The translations under genes and the position numbers were made by a program. Of a stretch of DNA of 54,853 bases, positions 9,199 to 22,468 are shown in pieces (the stretch's first letter is position 1; every line of letters starts with the position of its first letter). The notes beneath the pieces were generated by a model, which saw only the letters and a list, made by a program, of their open reading frames with translations, was not told where the DNA came from and did no database searches. Source of the stretch: Eubacteriales bacterium (GTDB lineage: Bacteria > Bacillota > Clostridia > Oscillospirales > UBA644); assembly GCA_045542755.1 (NCBI GenBank), contig JAZQLP010000096.1, positions 1 to 54,853 of the forward strand, given 5' to 3'.

Positions 9199-10542
9199 AT
9201 GAAAAGCTTTAAAAACATATGGGACGCAACCGTTCTAAAATTATCTGAAAAAATCACGCCTAACGCAATGGATCTGTGGATTCGCCCCGCCGAACCTATA
9301 GGTTACGAAAATAACGCGGCCATAATTATGGTGGAATCTCCTTTCCAGCGCGATATAATAATGTCAAGATACAGGGACGATATAAGAGAAGCTCTTCTGG
9401 CCGTTTCGGGAATAGATATGGATGTTAACGCCATAACCCAGGAAGAAAGAAATTCCCAAAAGGCCCACGTTCAGAAATCGGCGGAATACAAGGTAGATAC
9501 CAAATTACATAATATAGAAGAAAATCTTACCTCTGAATACACCTTTGATAACTTTATCGTAGGTGATTCTAACCGCCACGCCCATGCAGCCTGCTACGCA
9601 GTTGCAAAAAACCCTGCTTTTCTTTACAATCCTCTTTTCCTATACGGAAATACGGGTCTTGGTAAAACCCACCTTTTAAACGCAATTAAAAACGAAATAC
9701 GTAAGCTTTATCCGGCCTATAGAGTAGTATACGTAAGCTGCGAAGAATTTACCAACGATTTTATAGAGCACCTTAAAAATAAAACCACCGCAGAATTTAA
9801 AGAAAAGTACCGCACTGCAGACGTTCTTCTTATAGACGATATACAGTTTATTTCGGGTAAGGATCAAACTCAGACCGAATTTTTCCACACCTTCAACGCC
9901 CTTTACGAGGATAAAAAGCAAATAATTATTGCTTCCGACCGTCCTCCCAAGGAAATACCCCAGCTTGAAGAAAGACTCCGTTCACGTTTCGAATCGGGAC
10001 TTATGACGGATATTATCGTTCCTGAATATGAACTCAAAGTGGCTGTACTTAAACAGAAGGCCGCTGCCTATTCCATAACCATTCCTGATGACGTTATTTT
10101 CTTTATAGCATCGAAAATAAAAAACAATATAAGACAGCTCGACGGAGTTGTTAAAAAGATAAAAGCCTTCCAGCTTGTATCCGATACGACCCCCAACATA
10201 GCCCTTGCTCAGAGCGCCATAAGGGATATAACCAATGAAAACGAGCCTCTTCCTGTACTTCTTGATAAAATACTTCTTGCAGTATCCAGAGATTTTAACG
10301 TGACTCCCGAAGATATCAAGAGCTCAAAAAGACAGGAAAATATCGTTACAGCCCGTCAGGTTGCCATGTACATAATAAGGGATATGACAGCAATGTCCTT
10401 GCCCGACATTGGAATGGAGTTTAACGGAAGAGACCACTCCACGGTACATCATGCCGTATATAAAATAGAGGGTAAGATGAAGGAAACCGCTTCATTTGCC
10501 ACACGTATCAACAACATAATAAATGAGATAAAAAACAATTAA
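9199..10542 (+). CDS. dnaA: Chromosomal replication initiator
   Basis: YNPLFLYGNTGLGKTHL, LLIDDIQF, RDHSTV. Confidence 0.98.
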   Translation: MKSFKNIWDATVLKLSEKITPNAMDLWIRPAEPIGYENNAAIIMVESPFQRDIIMSRYRDDIREALLAVSGIDMDVNAITQEERNSQKAHVQKSAEYKVDTKLHNIEENLTSEYTFDNFIVGDSNRHAHAACYAVAKNPAFLYNPLFLYGNTGLGKTHLLNAIKNEIRKLYPAYRVVYVSCEEFTNDFIEHLKNKTTAEFKEKYRTADVLLIDDIQFISGKDQTQTEFFHTFNALYEDKKQIIIASDRPPKEIPQLEERLRSRFESGLMTDIIVPEYELKVAVLKQKAAAYSITIPDDVIFFIASKIKNNIRQLDGVVKKIKAFQLVSDTTPNIALAQSAIRDITNENEPLPVLLDKILLAVSRDFNVTPEDIKSSKRQENIVTARQVAMYIIRDMTAMSLPDIGMEFNGRDHSTVHHAVYKIEGKMKETASFATRINNIINEIKNN

Positions 10543-10850
10543 TTTCGACTTTTCAACGCCATTTCAACAGGCAGATTTTGAAAGTTAAGAGTTTTCAACC
10601 AAGTTATCAAAATTAAAAATCATTTTAGCGTTGATACATAACCTTCAAAAACTCACCTGTGGAATAGACAGAAACGTCAAAAAGTTATCCACAAAATAAA
10701 AATATAAAAAACCCAGATATAATCACACTAAAAAACACTTATCAAACGTTTTAACACATCCTACTACGACTACTAAAATAAATAAAATATATTCTTTTAT
10801 GTATTAAATAGTCGAGGAACCGTACAAACAAAACGAGAAAGGGAATAGTT
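10543..10850. other. Replication origin oriC
   Basis: Perfect TTATCCACA 10685-10693. Degenerate boxes at 10550, 10561, 10592, 10604, 10658 (rev) and 10750. DnaA-trio run CTACTACGACTACTA 10761-10775 followed by AT-rich tract. Confidence 0.88.
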
Positions 10851-11996
10851 ATGAAATTCTCATGCGACAAAAGTATCTTAAGCGAAGCAGTAAGTAAGGT
10901 AGGTAAAATAGTTCCTTCAAAAGCAAACATACATGCAATAGAGGGTATTTATCTCCAGCTTTTTGACGACGGTATGCTTAAACTCACCGGATATGACTTT
11001 ACCGTAGGCATTGAAACCTATATACAGACCGAGTATTCCGAGGCGGGCTCTATAATAGTGAACGCAAAGCTCTTTTCGGACATTCTCAATAATATACCTT
11101 CCGGAACTGTAACCGTTTCATCCACCGATAACGCTACGGTTAAGATATCTTGCGAAAATCTCGACTTTACCATCGTTTGTATGGAAGGTGACCTTTTCCC
11201 CAACGTTCCTCTGGTTGAAAAGGACGATCAGCTTATTATCAAGCAGGGTGATCTTTGCGAGCTTATCAGAAAGACTTCCGCAACCATTATTCAGAGTGAC
11301 ATCACACCTATTCTTAAAGGTATACTTGTAAAGGTTGACAGCGAAGGCCTTGTGTTCGTTTCAAGTGACACCTTCAGACTTTCTGTTTGCCGTCACGATG
11401 GTGAGTTTACCAATAAGAAGGGTAACGATATAAACAGCGTTGTTCCCGGTAGAGCTTTTGTTGAACTTCTCAAGCTCTTTGATTCTTCAAAGAACGAAGA
11501 GGACGTAACCATCTGCTTCTCCGAAAACCACTGTTCCTTTGAAACTGCAGATTTCAGAATGATAACATCTCTTATCAAGGGAGAATTCGTTAACTATAAA
11601 AAGATAACCCCCGTACAGTATAAGAACACTGTTAAAATAAGAGTTGAAGACCTTGCTTCTGCGGTTTCCAGAGCTTCTCTTCTTCTCTCAAACGAAAAAC
11701 TTGCAACCCCCATCCGATTCGGATTTGAGTTTGATCACGTTATTATTTCTCTTTTCAAGGATAACGGTCACAGATATACCGACGAAATAGGAATTGAACT
11801 TAACGGCGAAAACTTTGAGATAGGATTTAACAACAAGCATCTTCTCGGTATTCTCTCCTGCATCTCCGAAGAGTATATTTATATGAAGACCAACAGTCCT
11901 CTTTCTCCCGCTTGCATTACTTCTGTAGAGGGAGATAACTACTATTATCTTATCTCTCCCATGCGTATAACCGCAAAGCCCGGCTCGGCACAGTAA
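10851..11996 (+). CDS. dnaN: DNA polymerase III beta clamp
   Basis: MKFSC, SDTFRL, IGFNNKHL, ISPMR; synteny. Confidence 0.93.
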   Translation: MKFSCDKSILSEAVSKVGKIVPSKANIHAIEGIYLQLFDDGMLKLTGYDFTVGIETYIQTEYSEAGSIIVNAKLFSDILNNIPSGTVTVSSTDNATVKISCENLDFTIVCMEGDLFPNVPLVEKDDQLIIKQGDLCELIRKTSATIIQSDITPILKGILVKVDSEGLVFVSSDTFRLSVCRHDGEFTNKKGNDINSVVPGRAFVELLKLFDSSKNEEDVTICFSENHCSFETADFRMITSLIKGEFVNYKKITPVQYKNTVKIRVEDLASAVSRASLLLSNEKLATPIRFGFEFDHVIISLFKDNGHRYTDEIGIELNGENFEIGFNNKHLLGILSCISEEYIYMKTNSPLSPACITSVEGDNYYYLISPMRITAKPGSAQ

Positions 11997-12000
11997 AAAT

Positions 12001-13110
12001 ATGAAAGCTGAAAAGATAGGCTTTAAAAATTACAGGAATCTCGTAGATGATGAGATAGAGCTTTCTGAAGGAGTGAATATATTTACGGGTCAGAATGCTC
12101 AGGGTAAAACTAATATTCTTGAAGGTATATGGCTTTTTTCGTCCTGTAAATCCTTTAGAGGGTCAGATGATAAGGACTTTATAAATACCGAAAAGGATTT
12201 TTGTGAGCTGAATGCAGCATTTACAAAAAACGAAAGAACTAACGAAGCCAGAATAAAGATATCGAGAGGTAAAAGAAAAGAGCTTTACCGTAACGATGCA
12301 AAAGTAAGGCCCGCAGAGCTTGTGGGAAGCTTCAATACAGTTCTCTTTTTTCCCGAGCAGCTTTTCCTTGTAAAGGGAGCTCCCGAGCAGAGAAGAAAGT
12401 TTTTGGACTTTGCCATTTTTCAGCTTAAACCCAGATATCTTGAGTATTCGGCTGAGTACGCAAAGCTTTTGGCTCAGAAGAATCACATCCTTAAAAACGG
12501 CAGACCCGACATGCTTTCAACCATTGAACAGTGGAATGCCGGACTTGCAAAAACGGGAGCTTACATATCTTTTATGCGTAAGTCTTACCTTGACAGAATT
12601 TTTCCCTATGCTCAAAAGGTAAGCGGGGAAATTTCCGGCGGTAAAGAGGAGCTTTCTCTTTCCTTTATTCCTTCGGGATTTAGAGAAGGGGAGTTTTGCG
12701 ATAATCTATCCGACATTGAAGAAATTATATTTAATAAGATGAATTCGTTGACGTATGAGGAGATAGCTGCAAAACATTCTCTTGTGGGTTGTCATAGGGA
12801 TGATTTTGTAATAGGTCTTAACGGAATGCCTGCAAAGACTTTCGCATCCCAGGGTCAGCAACGTTCCTGCGTCATAGCTCTTAAGAGCGCCGAGGCGGAG
12901 TTTATAAAGGATACGGTGGGTGAATACCCCGTAATGCTTTTTGACGACGTTTTCTCGGAGCTGGACAGTATGAGAAAAAAATATATTCTCAACCACATTA
13001 AAGATAAACAGGTCATAGTTACCTGCTGTGAACCAATAGACGGTCTTTCCAACGGTGAGGCCGCGGTATTTACGGTAGATGGCGGAAGGGTGAAAAAAGA
13101 ATGTATATAA
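12001..13110 (+). CDS. recF: DNA replication/repair protein RecF
   Basis: GQNAQGKTN, HRDD, SQGQQRS, FDDVFSELD. Confidence 0.96.
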   Translation: MKAEKIGFKNYRNLVDDEIELSEGVNIFTGQNAQGKTNILEGIWLFSSCKSFRGSDDKDFINTEKDFCELNAAFTKNERTNEARIKISRGKRKELYRNDAKVRPAELVGSFNTVLFFPEQLFLVKGAPEQRRKFLDFAIFQLKPRYLEYSAEYAKLLAQKNHILKNGRPDMLSTIEQWNAGLAKTGAYISFMRKSYLDRIFPYAQKVSGEISGGKEELSLSFIPSGFREGEFCDNLSDIEEIIFNKMNSLTYEEIAAKHSLVGCHRDDFVIGLNGMPAKTFASQGQQRSCVIALKSAEAEFIKDTVGEYPVMLFDDVFSELDSMRKKYILNHIKDKQVIVTCCEPIDGLSNGEAAVFTVDGGRVKKECI

Positions 13111-13364
13111 ACATAGGTTCAAACGTTATGCTTCTTCGCAAAAACATAACGGCTGTGTTTGATATTGAAACCACTACCGGTTCTGAGATAACGAGAGAGT
13201 TCCTTGGAAAATCCTCAAAGAGATACGAGGTCGTTTCGGTAACGGAAGACCTTCCAAGAGCAATGATACTCTATTGCGAAAAAGGTAAAAATACTCTTTA
13301 CGTCACGGATCTTTCAGCGGCAGCCATTAAGAGAAGATCCTCTGACAAAGATAATATATTTTAA
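13101..13364 (+). CDS. remB: DUF370/RemB-family small protein
   Basis: MYINIG..., AVFD, position between recF and gyrB. Confidence 0.7.
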   Translation: MYINIGSNVMLLRKNITAVFDIETTTGSEITREFLGKSSKRYEVVSVTEDLPRAMILYCEKGKNTLYVTDLSAAAIKRRSSDKDNIF

Positions 13365-15326
<1,962 letters not shown>

Positions 15327-15339
15327 GGGGTGATACATT

Positions 15340-17931
15340 ATGGCTAAAAAGAGAAAAAACATAGATTATAAACCCGAGGACATAATGTTTCCCGAGCAGG
15401 TAATAACCTCCTCCGAACTTGTCCAGGAAATGAAGACCAGCTATATTGAGTACGCAATGTCGGTTATCGTTAGCCGTGCATTACCAGACGTACGCGACGG
15501 TCTTAAACCCGTTCACAGAAGAATACTTTACGCAATGTACGAGGACGGTCTTACCCACGATAAGCCGGTTAAAAAGTGTGCTACCGCAGTAGGTAACGTT
15601 CTCGGTAGATACCATCCCCACGGTGACGCATCGGTTTATGATGCCTTGGTAAGACTTGCCCAGGACTTCTCTATGCGTTATCCTCTTATCGACGGTCACG
15701 GTAACTTCGGTTCAGTGGACGGTGACCCCCCTGCAGCATACCGATACACCGAAGCAAGAATGAGCAAAATGGCTGATGAAATGCTTGAGGATATCGAAAA
15801 AGATACCGTTGATTGGGATCCTAACTTCGACGAAAGCCGCAAAGAACCCCGCGTTCTTCCCAGCCGTTTCCCCAACCTTTTAGTAAACGGTTCTTCAGGT
15901 ATTGCGGTTGGTATGGCTACTAATATACCCCCTCACAATCTCCGTGAGGTAATAAACGCTACCATAACCGTTCTTGATAATCCCGATACCACCATGGACG
16001 AGCTTCTTAACTGCGTTCAGGGTCCCGACTTCCCCACCAAGGGTATAATTATGGGCAGAAGAGGCATAAGAGCCGCTTATGCTACCGGTAAGGGACATAT
16101 CACCGTAAGAGCAAGAACCGAGTTTGAAGAATACGGTAAAGACAGGGTAAGAATAATCGTTACAGAGCTTCCTTATCAGGTCAATAAGCGTATGCTTGTA
16201 AAGAGCATTGCGGACCAGGTTCGTGAAAAGCGTCTTGACGGTATTTCAGACCTCCGTGAAGAATCCGACAGAAACGGTATGCGTGTTGTTATTGAACTTA
16301 AGAAGGATGCAAATCCCCAGGTAGTTCTTAACAAGCTTTATAAACAGACTCAGATGCAGATAACCTTCGCGGTTAATATGCTTGCCTTGGTAAACAATCA
16401 GTCACAGCCCAAGGTACTGACTCTTCGCGAAATAATTGATGAGTATATTGCTTATCAGAAAGAAATAATCACCAGAAGAACCAGATTTGATTTAAGAAAG
16501 GCTCAGGAAAGAGCTCATCTTATTGAAGGTCTGCTCATCGCCCAGGCAAATATCGACGAGGTAATCCGTATAATCCGTAATTCCTACGATAACGCCAAAG
16601 AAAACCTTATGGAGAGATTCAGTCTTTCCGAGGTTCAGGCATCCGCTATTCTGGAAATGCGTCTTAAGGCTCTCCAGGGTCTTGAAGAAGAAAAGCTTAA
16701 CGCCGAATATAAGGCTCTTGAAGAAAAAATCAAGTACTTCAATGAAATTCTTGCTTCCGAAGAGCTTCTTAAGAAGGTTCTCCGCGATGAGCTTACCGAA
16801 ATCAGCGACAGATTCGGCGACGAAAGAGTTACTGAGATTCAGGACGTTGAGGACGAAATCGATATTGAAGACCTTATCGAAGAAAAGACCTGCGTATATA
16901 CCTTTACTTCCCACGGTTACATCAAGCGTCAGCCCGAGGAACTCTATAAGGTACAGCGTAGAGGTGGTATAGGCGTTACGGCTATGAGCACAAAGGAAGA
17001 GGACGTAACCTCCGAAATGTTTACAGGCTCTACCCACAACACTATTCTCTTCTTCACTTCGAGAGGACGCATGTTCAGAAAGAAGGGCTACGAGATCCCC
17101 GAAAGCTCACGTCAGGCAAGAGGTATGAACATAGTTAACCTTCTCCAGCTTGACCCCGAAGAAAGAGTTACCACAATGATTCCTCTTGAAGAGTACGACG
17201 AGGAACTTGTACTCAACTTCGTTACCAAGCAGGGCGTTGCCAAGAGATGTAAGCTTGAAGCATTCAAGCATCTCCGTAACCGCGGCATAATTGCCATGGG
17301 TCTGAAGGATGACGACGAGCTTATTTCCGTTATGATAACCGACGGCGAGCAGGATATAATCGTTGCTTCCCACAAGGGTATGGTTATAAGATATAACGAA
17401 AAGGATATGAACTTCAAGAAGGGCAGAAACGCAGGCGGCGTAAGAGCTATCAGACTTGCTGATGACGATTACGTTGTAGGCGCGGTAGTTGCCGATGAAG
17501 AAAAGACTATCCTTACAGTTACCGAAAACGGCTACGGCAAGAGAACTCCTACTTCCGGCTTTAACGTACAGCGCAGAGGCGGTCGTGGCGTAAGAGGCCA
17601 TAAGATAAGCGAAAAGACCGGACTTCTCGCAGGTATTAAGGCTGTTAGCGAAGAAGAGGACGTAGTAGTTATCTCTTCCGAAGGTATACTCATAAGAATC
17701 AGAATTTCCGATATCCCCGTTTACGGAAGAACCTCCGGCGGCGTAAGGATAATGAGATTCAGAGGCGACGATAAGGTTACAACCATCGCCGCACTTCCTT
17801 CCTCCGAAGACGAGGAGACCCAGAAGCTTGAGCTTGACGCTGAAGATATGGCAGAAGCTGAAGAGGCTGCTGAGGAACCCGTAGTTGAGGAAGAAGTCCC
17901 CGAAGATTCTGAAGAATCAGATGAAGAATAA
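15340..17931 (+). CDS. gyrA: DNA gyrase subunit A
   Basis: YHPHGD, AAYRYTE, GyrA-box QRRGGIG, acidic tail. Confidence 0.97.
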   Translation: MAKKRKNIDYKPEDIMFPEQVITSSELVQEMKTSYIEYAMSVIVSRALPDVRDGLKPVHRRILYAMYEDGLTHDKPVKKCATAVGNVLGRYHPHGDASVYDALVRLAQDFSMRYPLIDGHGNFGSVDGDPPAAYRYTEARMSKMADEMLEDIEKDTVDWDPNFDESRKEPRVLPSRFPNLLVNGSSGIAVGMATNIPPHNLREVINATITVLDNPDTTMDELLNCVQGPDFPTKGIIMGRRGIRAAYATGKGHITVRARTEFEEYGKDRVRIIVTELPYQVNKRMLVKSIADQVREKRLDGISDLREESDRNGMRVVIELKKDANPQVVLNKLYKQTQMQITFAVNMLALVNNQSQPKVLTLREIIDEYIAYQKEIITRRTRFDLRKAQERAHLIEGLLIAQANIDEVIRIIRNSYDNAKENLMERFSLSEVQASAILEMRLKALQGLEEEKLNAEYKALEEKIKYFNEILASEELLKKVLRDELTEISDRFGDERVTEIQDVEDEIDIEDLIEEKTCVYTFTSHGYIKRQPEELYKVQRRGGIGVTAMSTKEEDVTSEMFTGSTHNTILFFTSRGRMFRKKGYEIPESSRQARGMNIVNLLQLDPEERVTTMIPLEEYDEELVLNFVTKQGVAKRCKLEAFKHLRNRGIIAMGLKDDDELISVMITDGEQDIIVASHKGMVIRYNEKDMNFKKGRNAGGVRAIRLADDDYVVGAVVADEEKTILTVTENGYGKRTPTSGFNVQRRGGRGVRGHKISEKTGLLAGIKAVSEEEDVVVISSEGILIRIRISDIPVYGRTSGGVRIMRFRGDDKVTTIAALPSSEDEETQKLELDAEDMAEAEEAAEEPVVEEEVPEDSEESDEE

Positions 17932-17958
17932 AATTGACATATAAAGAAGGACTAAAAA

Positions 17959-19362
17959 ATGGAAAACACACAGAAGACAATGGAAAAGATCGTTGCACTT
18001 TCCAAGGGCAGAGGATTTATCTACCCCGGAAGTGAAATATACGGCGGTTTGGCAAACACCTGGGACTACGGCCCTCTCGGCGTAGAGCTTAAGAACAACG
18101 TTAAAAAAGCTTGGTGGAAAAAATTCGTTCAGGAAAATAAGTATAACGTAGGTCTTGATGCTGCAATACTTATGAACCCCCAGACCTGGGTTGCTTCGGG
18201 TCACCTTGCAGGATTTTCCGATCCTCTTATGGACTGCCGCGAGTGTCACGAAAGATTCCGCGCCGATAAAATTATAGAAGACTGGTGTGCAGAAAATAAT
18301 TTTGAGCTTCCCAAGCCCATCGACGCATTTTCTCATGCAGAAATGAAGGAATTTGTTGAAGAACACAATATTCCCTGTCCCACCTGTAAGAAGCATAACT
18401 TTACCGACATCCGTCAGTTCAACCTTATGTTCAAAACCTTCCAGGGCGTTACCGAAGATGCAAAGAATACCGTTTATCTCCGTCCCGAAACCGCACAGGG
18501 TATTTTTACCAACTTTGTAAACGTTCAGAGAACTTCCAGAAAGAAGGTTCCTTTCGGTATTGCTCAGATAGGTAAATCATTCCGTAACGAAATCACTCCC
18601 GGTAACTTTATTTTCCGCGTACGTGAGTTTGAACAGATGGAGCTTGAATTCTTCTGCAAGCCCGGTACCGACCTTGAATGGTTTGACTATTGGAGAACCT
18701 TCTGTAAGAACTGGCTTATTGCCATCGGTCTTAAGGAAGAGAACATCCGTCTTCGTGACCACGATCCCGAAGAGCTTTGCTTCTATTCCAAGGCTACTAC
18801 CGACTTTGAGTTCCTCTTCCCCTTCGGTTGGGGCGAGCTTTGGGGCGTAGCAGACAGAACCGACTACGACCTTACCCAGCATCAGAATACTTCCGGTAAG
18901 GACCTCACTTACTTTGATCCCGAAACCAACGAAAGATATATTCCTTACGTTATCGAGCCCTCTCTCGGCGTTGAAAGAAGCGTACTTGCAGTTCTCTGTG
19001 ACGCTTACGACGAAGAAGTTGTTGATGCGGAAAAGAACGATGTAAGAACCGTTCTCAGATTCCATCCCGCCATCGCTCCCGTTAAGGCAGCAGTTCTTCC
19101 TCTTTCCAAGAAGCTTTCCGAAAAAGCTAACGAAATATACGACGAGCTTGCAAAGTACTTTAACGTTGAGTACGACGAAGCAGGTTCCATAGGTAAGAGA
19201 TACAGAAGAGAAGACGAAATCGGTACTCCCTTCTGCATCACCGTTGACTTTGATACCGAAGTTGACGGTTGCGTAACCGTACGTGACAGAGATACCATGG
19301 CTCAGGAAAGAATCAAGATAGAGGATCTGAAGGATTATATCTCCAAGAAGATAGAATTCTAA
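17959..19362 (+). CDS. glyQS: Glycine--tRNA ligase (homodimeric type)
   Basis: [45 protein letters not shown]. Confidence 0.96.
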   Translation: MENTQKTMEKIVALSKGRGFIYPGSEIYGGLANTWDYGPLGVELKNNVKKAWWKKFVQENKYNVGLDAAILMNPQTWVASGHLAGFSDPLMDCRECHERFRADKIIEDWCAENNFELPKPIDAFSHAEMKEFVEEHNIPCPTCKKHNFTDIRQFNLMFKTFQGVTEDAKNTVYLRPETAQGIFTNFVNVQRTSRKKVPFGIAQIGKSFRNEITPGNFIFRVREFEQMELEFFCKPGTDLEWFDYWRTFCKNWLIAIGLKEENIRLRDHDPEELCFYSKATTDFEFLFPFGWGELWGVADRTDYDLTQHQNTSGKDLTYFDPETNERYIPYVIEPSLGVERSVLAVLCDAYDEEVVDAEKNDVRTVLRFHPAIAPVKAAVLPLSKKLSEKANEIYDELAKYFNVEYDEAGSIGKRYRREDEIGTPFCITVDFDTEVDGCVTVRDRDTMAQERIKIEDLKDYISKKIEF

Positions 19363-19402
19363 TTTCTCAATCCCCGAATTTATCTAATAAAGGAATAAAC
19401 TT

Positions 19403-20512
19403 ATGATAATTCTTGATGAATACAGAGTAAAGCTCAGAGATCTGAAAGCGCAGATAGTTGAGCTGGGGAATGCTCTTAATATCGAACAGCTCAAGGCAAG
19501 ACTTGCCGAGCTTGAGGAAGAGGGCAGACAGCCTGATTTCTGGAACGATATGGAGAGATCTCAGAAAATACTTCAGGAACAGAAGATAGTCAAAGAGCAG
19601 GTTGAAAAGTACCTTTCTTTGGTGTCGTTTCACGAGGATACCGATACCCTTGTTGAAATGGCTGCCGAAGAAAAGGACGAAAGCTTTGACGACGAAATAG
19701 TGGAGTCTGTTGCCGATATAGAAAAAAGAATAAACGAACAGACCCTTGCTACCCTTCTTTCAGGTGAATACGATAAGAATAATGCAATTCTTACCTTCCA
19801 CGCAGGTGCTGGCGGTACTGAGGCTCAGGACTGGGCTCTCATGCTTTTCCGTATGTATACCAGATTTGGTGAAAAGCACGACTATAAGGTCAAGGTTGTT
19901 GATATTCTCGACGGCGACGAAGCGGGAATTAAGAGCGCGGTACTTCTTATAGAAGGTATGAACGCTTACGGCTACCTTAAGTCCGAGTCGGGTGTTCACC
20001 GTCTTGTGCGAGTATCTCCCTTTGATGCTTCGGGCAGACGTCACACTTCTTTTGCTTCCGTTGAGGTTATGCCTGAAATAGACGACGATACCAATATAGA
20101 GATAAGAGAAGAAGATATTAAGGTTGAAGCTCACAGAGCTTCGGGCGCCGGCGGTCAGCACGTTAATAAGACCGACTCGGCTATCCGTATAACCCATATC
20201 CCTACGGGTATAGTCGTTGGCTGTCAGAATGAAAGAAGCCAGCGTCAGAACAAGGAAGTTGCTCTTAAAATGCTTAAATCCAAGCTTTTGGAGATAAAGG
20301 AAAGAGAGCATCTTGAAAAAATAGAGGATATTAAAGGCGACCAGAAGGAAATTGCCTGGGGTTCCCAGATACGTTCTTACGTCTTTATGCCCTATACCCT
20401 GGTTACCGACCACCGTACCGGTTGTAAGGTGGGTAACGTAAACGCCGTAATGGACGGCGACCTTGACGAGTTTGTCAACGAGTATCTCAAATATCTCAAA
20501 AACGGGAACTGA
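19403..20512 (+). CDS. prfB: Peptide chain release factor 2 (uninterrupted ORF)
   Basis: SPF anticodon-mimic, GAGGQHVN, WGSQIRSY. Confidence 0.96.
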   Translation: MIILDEYRVKLRDLKAQIVELGNALNIEQLKARLAELEEEGRQPDFWNDMERSQKILQEQKIVKEQVEKYLSLVSFHEDTDTLVEMAAEEKDESFDDEIVESVADIEKRINEQTLATLLSGEYDKNNAILTFHAGAGGTEAQDWALMLFRMYTRFGEKHDYKVKVVDILDGDEAGIKSAVLLIEGMNAYGYLKSESGVHRLVRVSPFDASGRRHTSFASVEVMPEIDDDTNIEIREEDIKVEAHRASGAGGQHVNKTDSAIRITHIPTGIVVGCQNERSQRQNKEVALKMLKSKLLEIKEREHLEKIEDIKGDQKEIAWGSQIRSYVFMPYTLVTDHRTGCKVGNVNAVMDGDLDEFVNEYLKYLKNGN

Positions 20513-20533
20513 TATTCCCCTGGAGGCCTCTTA

Positions 20534-21382
20534 ATGGATTTAACATCTATCAGCTCCATAAGACCCCTTATGGAGAGGCACGGATTTGACTTCACAAAAA
20601 GCCTTGGACAAAACTTTCTTATAAATGCCGACATCCCTCGCCGCATAGCTGACGAGGGAGTTAGCATTGATGAGGAATGTGACGTCATAGAAATAGGCGC
20701 AGGTATAGGCTGTCTTACCAAAGAATTGGCTCTTCGTGCCCGTAAGGTAGTAACCTTTGAAATTGATAAAAAGCTTATACCCGTTTTGGCAGAAACAATG
20801 GCCGAGTTTGAAAACGTTACCGTTCTCAATCAGGACATAATGAAAGCTGACCTTAAAAAAACAGTTGAAGAGTATGGGCTGAAAAACCTGCACATCTGTG
20901 CAAATCTTCCTTATTATATCACCACCCCGGTTATTATGAAGCTGCTTGAATCCGACCTTGATATAAAGCAGATAACCGTAATGATACAAAAAGAGGTTGT
21001 GGACAGATTTTGTGCTGAACCCAATACCCCCGATTACGGCGCAATTACTCCTGCCGCGCTCTATTATGCGACTCCGAAAAAGCTTTTTAACGTAGCCGCA
21101 TCAAACTTTATGCCCAGACCAAAAGTAACCTCGACTGTTATGTCATTTAAACCTCATCTTCCTCCCGTGGATGCGGAGAAGGCCACACTTTTCAGGGTTA
21201 TAAAGGCTGCCTTTGCCATGAGGAGAAAGACTCTTGCAAATAATCTTTGTCAGGAGTTTCCCATTTCAAAGGCCGAGGCCGGAGAAATGCTGGCGACCTT
21301 GGGATATTCCCCTACGGTAAGAGGAGAAGCTCTTTCCCTTGAGGACTACTCAAATATAGCAAAAGCAATAATAGATAGATAA
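20534..21382 (+). CDS. rsmA: 16S rRNA adenine dimethyltransferase
   Basis: KSLGQNFL, IEIGAGIG, ANLPYYIT. Confidence 0.96.
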   Translation: MDLTSISSIRPLMERHGFDFTKSLGQNFLINADIPRRIADEGVSIDEECDVIEIGAGIGCLTKELALRARKVVTFEIDKKLIPVLAETMAEFENVTVLNQDIMKADLKKTVEEYGLKNLHICANLPYYITTPVIMKLLESDLDIKQITVMIQKEVVDRFCAEPNTPDYGAITPAALYYATPKKLFNVAASNFMPRPKVTSTVMSFKPHLPPVDAEKATLFRVIKAAFAMRRKTLANNLCQEFPISKAEAGEMLATLGYSPTVRGEALSLEDYSNIAKAIIDR

Positions 21383-21416
21383 AAAAAAGAAGGCTCAAAC
21401 GAGCCTTCTTTTTTTT
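21381..21416. terminator. Bidirectional terminator
   Basis: A8-GAAGGCTC-AAAC-GAGCCTTC-T8 between convergent genes. Confidence 0.9.
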
Positions 21417-21418
21417 AT

Positions 21419-22324
21419 CTATTCTATCCCCAATTTTGAAAAATACTCTTTACTTGATATTCCTGACGGGCGAAGATGTCGTCCCAAGTCGAAAAGACTG
21501 TCGCCATCCCGTGAGATAACACTCTTTTTCTCCTCGCAAGAGAAGGAGCAGATAAATCCGAGGTCTTTTACAAGCTCTCTGGATGCTTCGGGGGCTATAC
21601 CGAAGGGATATACGAAAATATCCGAATCTATACCCGTTTTTTCGAACAGAAGGTCTTGCATTTTTATAATGTCCTCGCTTATTCTGGAAAGGTAGGTTTC
21701 GTCGTTTTCACCGCTTAATCTTGCAACCCCCATTTTCCCGGACTTTTGTGAGTGGAGATTATAGGTATGATTTGCTATCTCAACAAGACCGCTATCATTC
21801 ATTTCTTTTATCTCTTTCCAGGTAACGTGGGAATAATAGGCGCTTTTTTCTTCATTCTGAGAGTAGATGTCTGTATAATACCCTATGACGGCAATCACCG
21901 CCTTACTGTTATACTGCTCAAGTAGGGGGAATCCGTAATAGTAATTGTTGTAATACCCATCGTCAAAGGTGAGAAGAATGGGCTTTTCGGGAAGGTCTCC
22001 CCCTTTGACGTAGTTTTCAAGGTCGCTTACGAGAATGGTCGTATATCCGTGTTCTTGAAGATATTTAAGGTCGGACTCAAACTGTGTGGGAGATATTACG
22101 TATTTTCCGTGATACTTTGTGTCTTTGAGTAGGCTGTGATACATAATCACGGGCAATTCAACGGAATCCTTCCCAAGAGTTGCAGTGGTGGGAAGGGTGT
22201 CTATAGGCGAGGAGTTTGCTATGTACACATATCCCGCAATAATAAGAACCATAACAGCTATTTTTGAAACGGTATCTAAAATTCTTTTAAATCGCTTTTT
22301 GTCCTTTATGAAATCTATGTTCAT
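21419..22324 (-). CDS. Membrane-anchored polysaccharide deacetylase (CE4/NodB family)
   Basis: N-terminal TM, IMYH, LTFDDGY, NHTYNLH, YPFG. Confidence 0.88.
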   Translation of the reverse strand: MNIDFIKDKKRFKRILDTVSKIAVMVLIIAGYVYIANSSPIDTLPTTATLGKDSVELPVIMYHSLLKDTKYHGKYVISPTQFESDLKYLQEHGYTTILVSDLENYVKGGDLPEKPILLTFDDGYYNNYYYGFPLLEQYNSKAVIAVIGYYTDIYSQNEEKSAYYSHVTWKEIKEMNDSGLVEIANHTYNLHSQKSGKMGVARLSGENDETYLSRISEDIIKMQDLLFEKTGIDSDIFVYPFGIAPEASRELVKDLGFICSFSCEEKKSVISRDGDSLFDLGRHLRPSGISSKEYFSKLGIE

Positions 22325-22409
22325 TTCCCAACGCCCCTTCATAAATACTATATTTTATGAAGAAGGGTAAGAAATAATGCTCTATTTTAAGAAAACTCCT
22401 CTTTAAGTA

Positions 22410-22438
22410 TTGAATTTTCATATTTTTTGTGGTATACT
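22410..22438 (+). promoter_or_regulatory. Sigma-A promoter of metA
   Basis: TTGAAT-17-TATACT with TG. Confidence 0.7.
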
Positions 22439-22468
22439 TATACAAATGTTAATGAGGAGGAGAAATAT

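Noticed and set aside
17934-17958. TTGACA before glyQS as a promoter
   Set aside because: No -10 at proper spacing.
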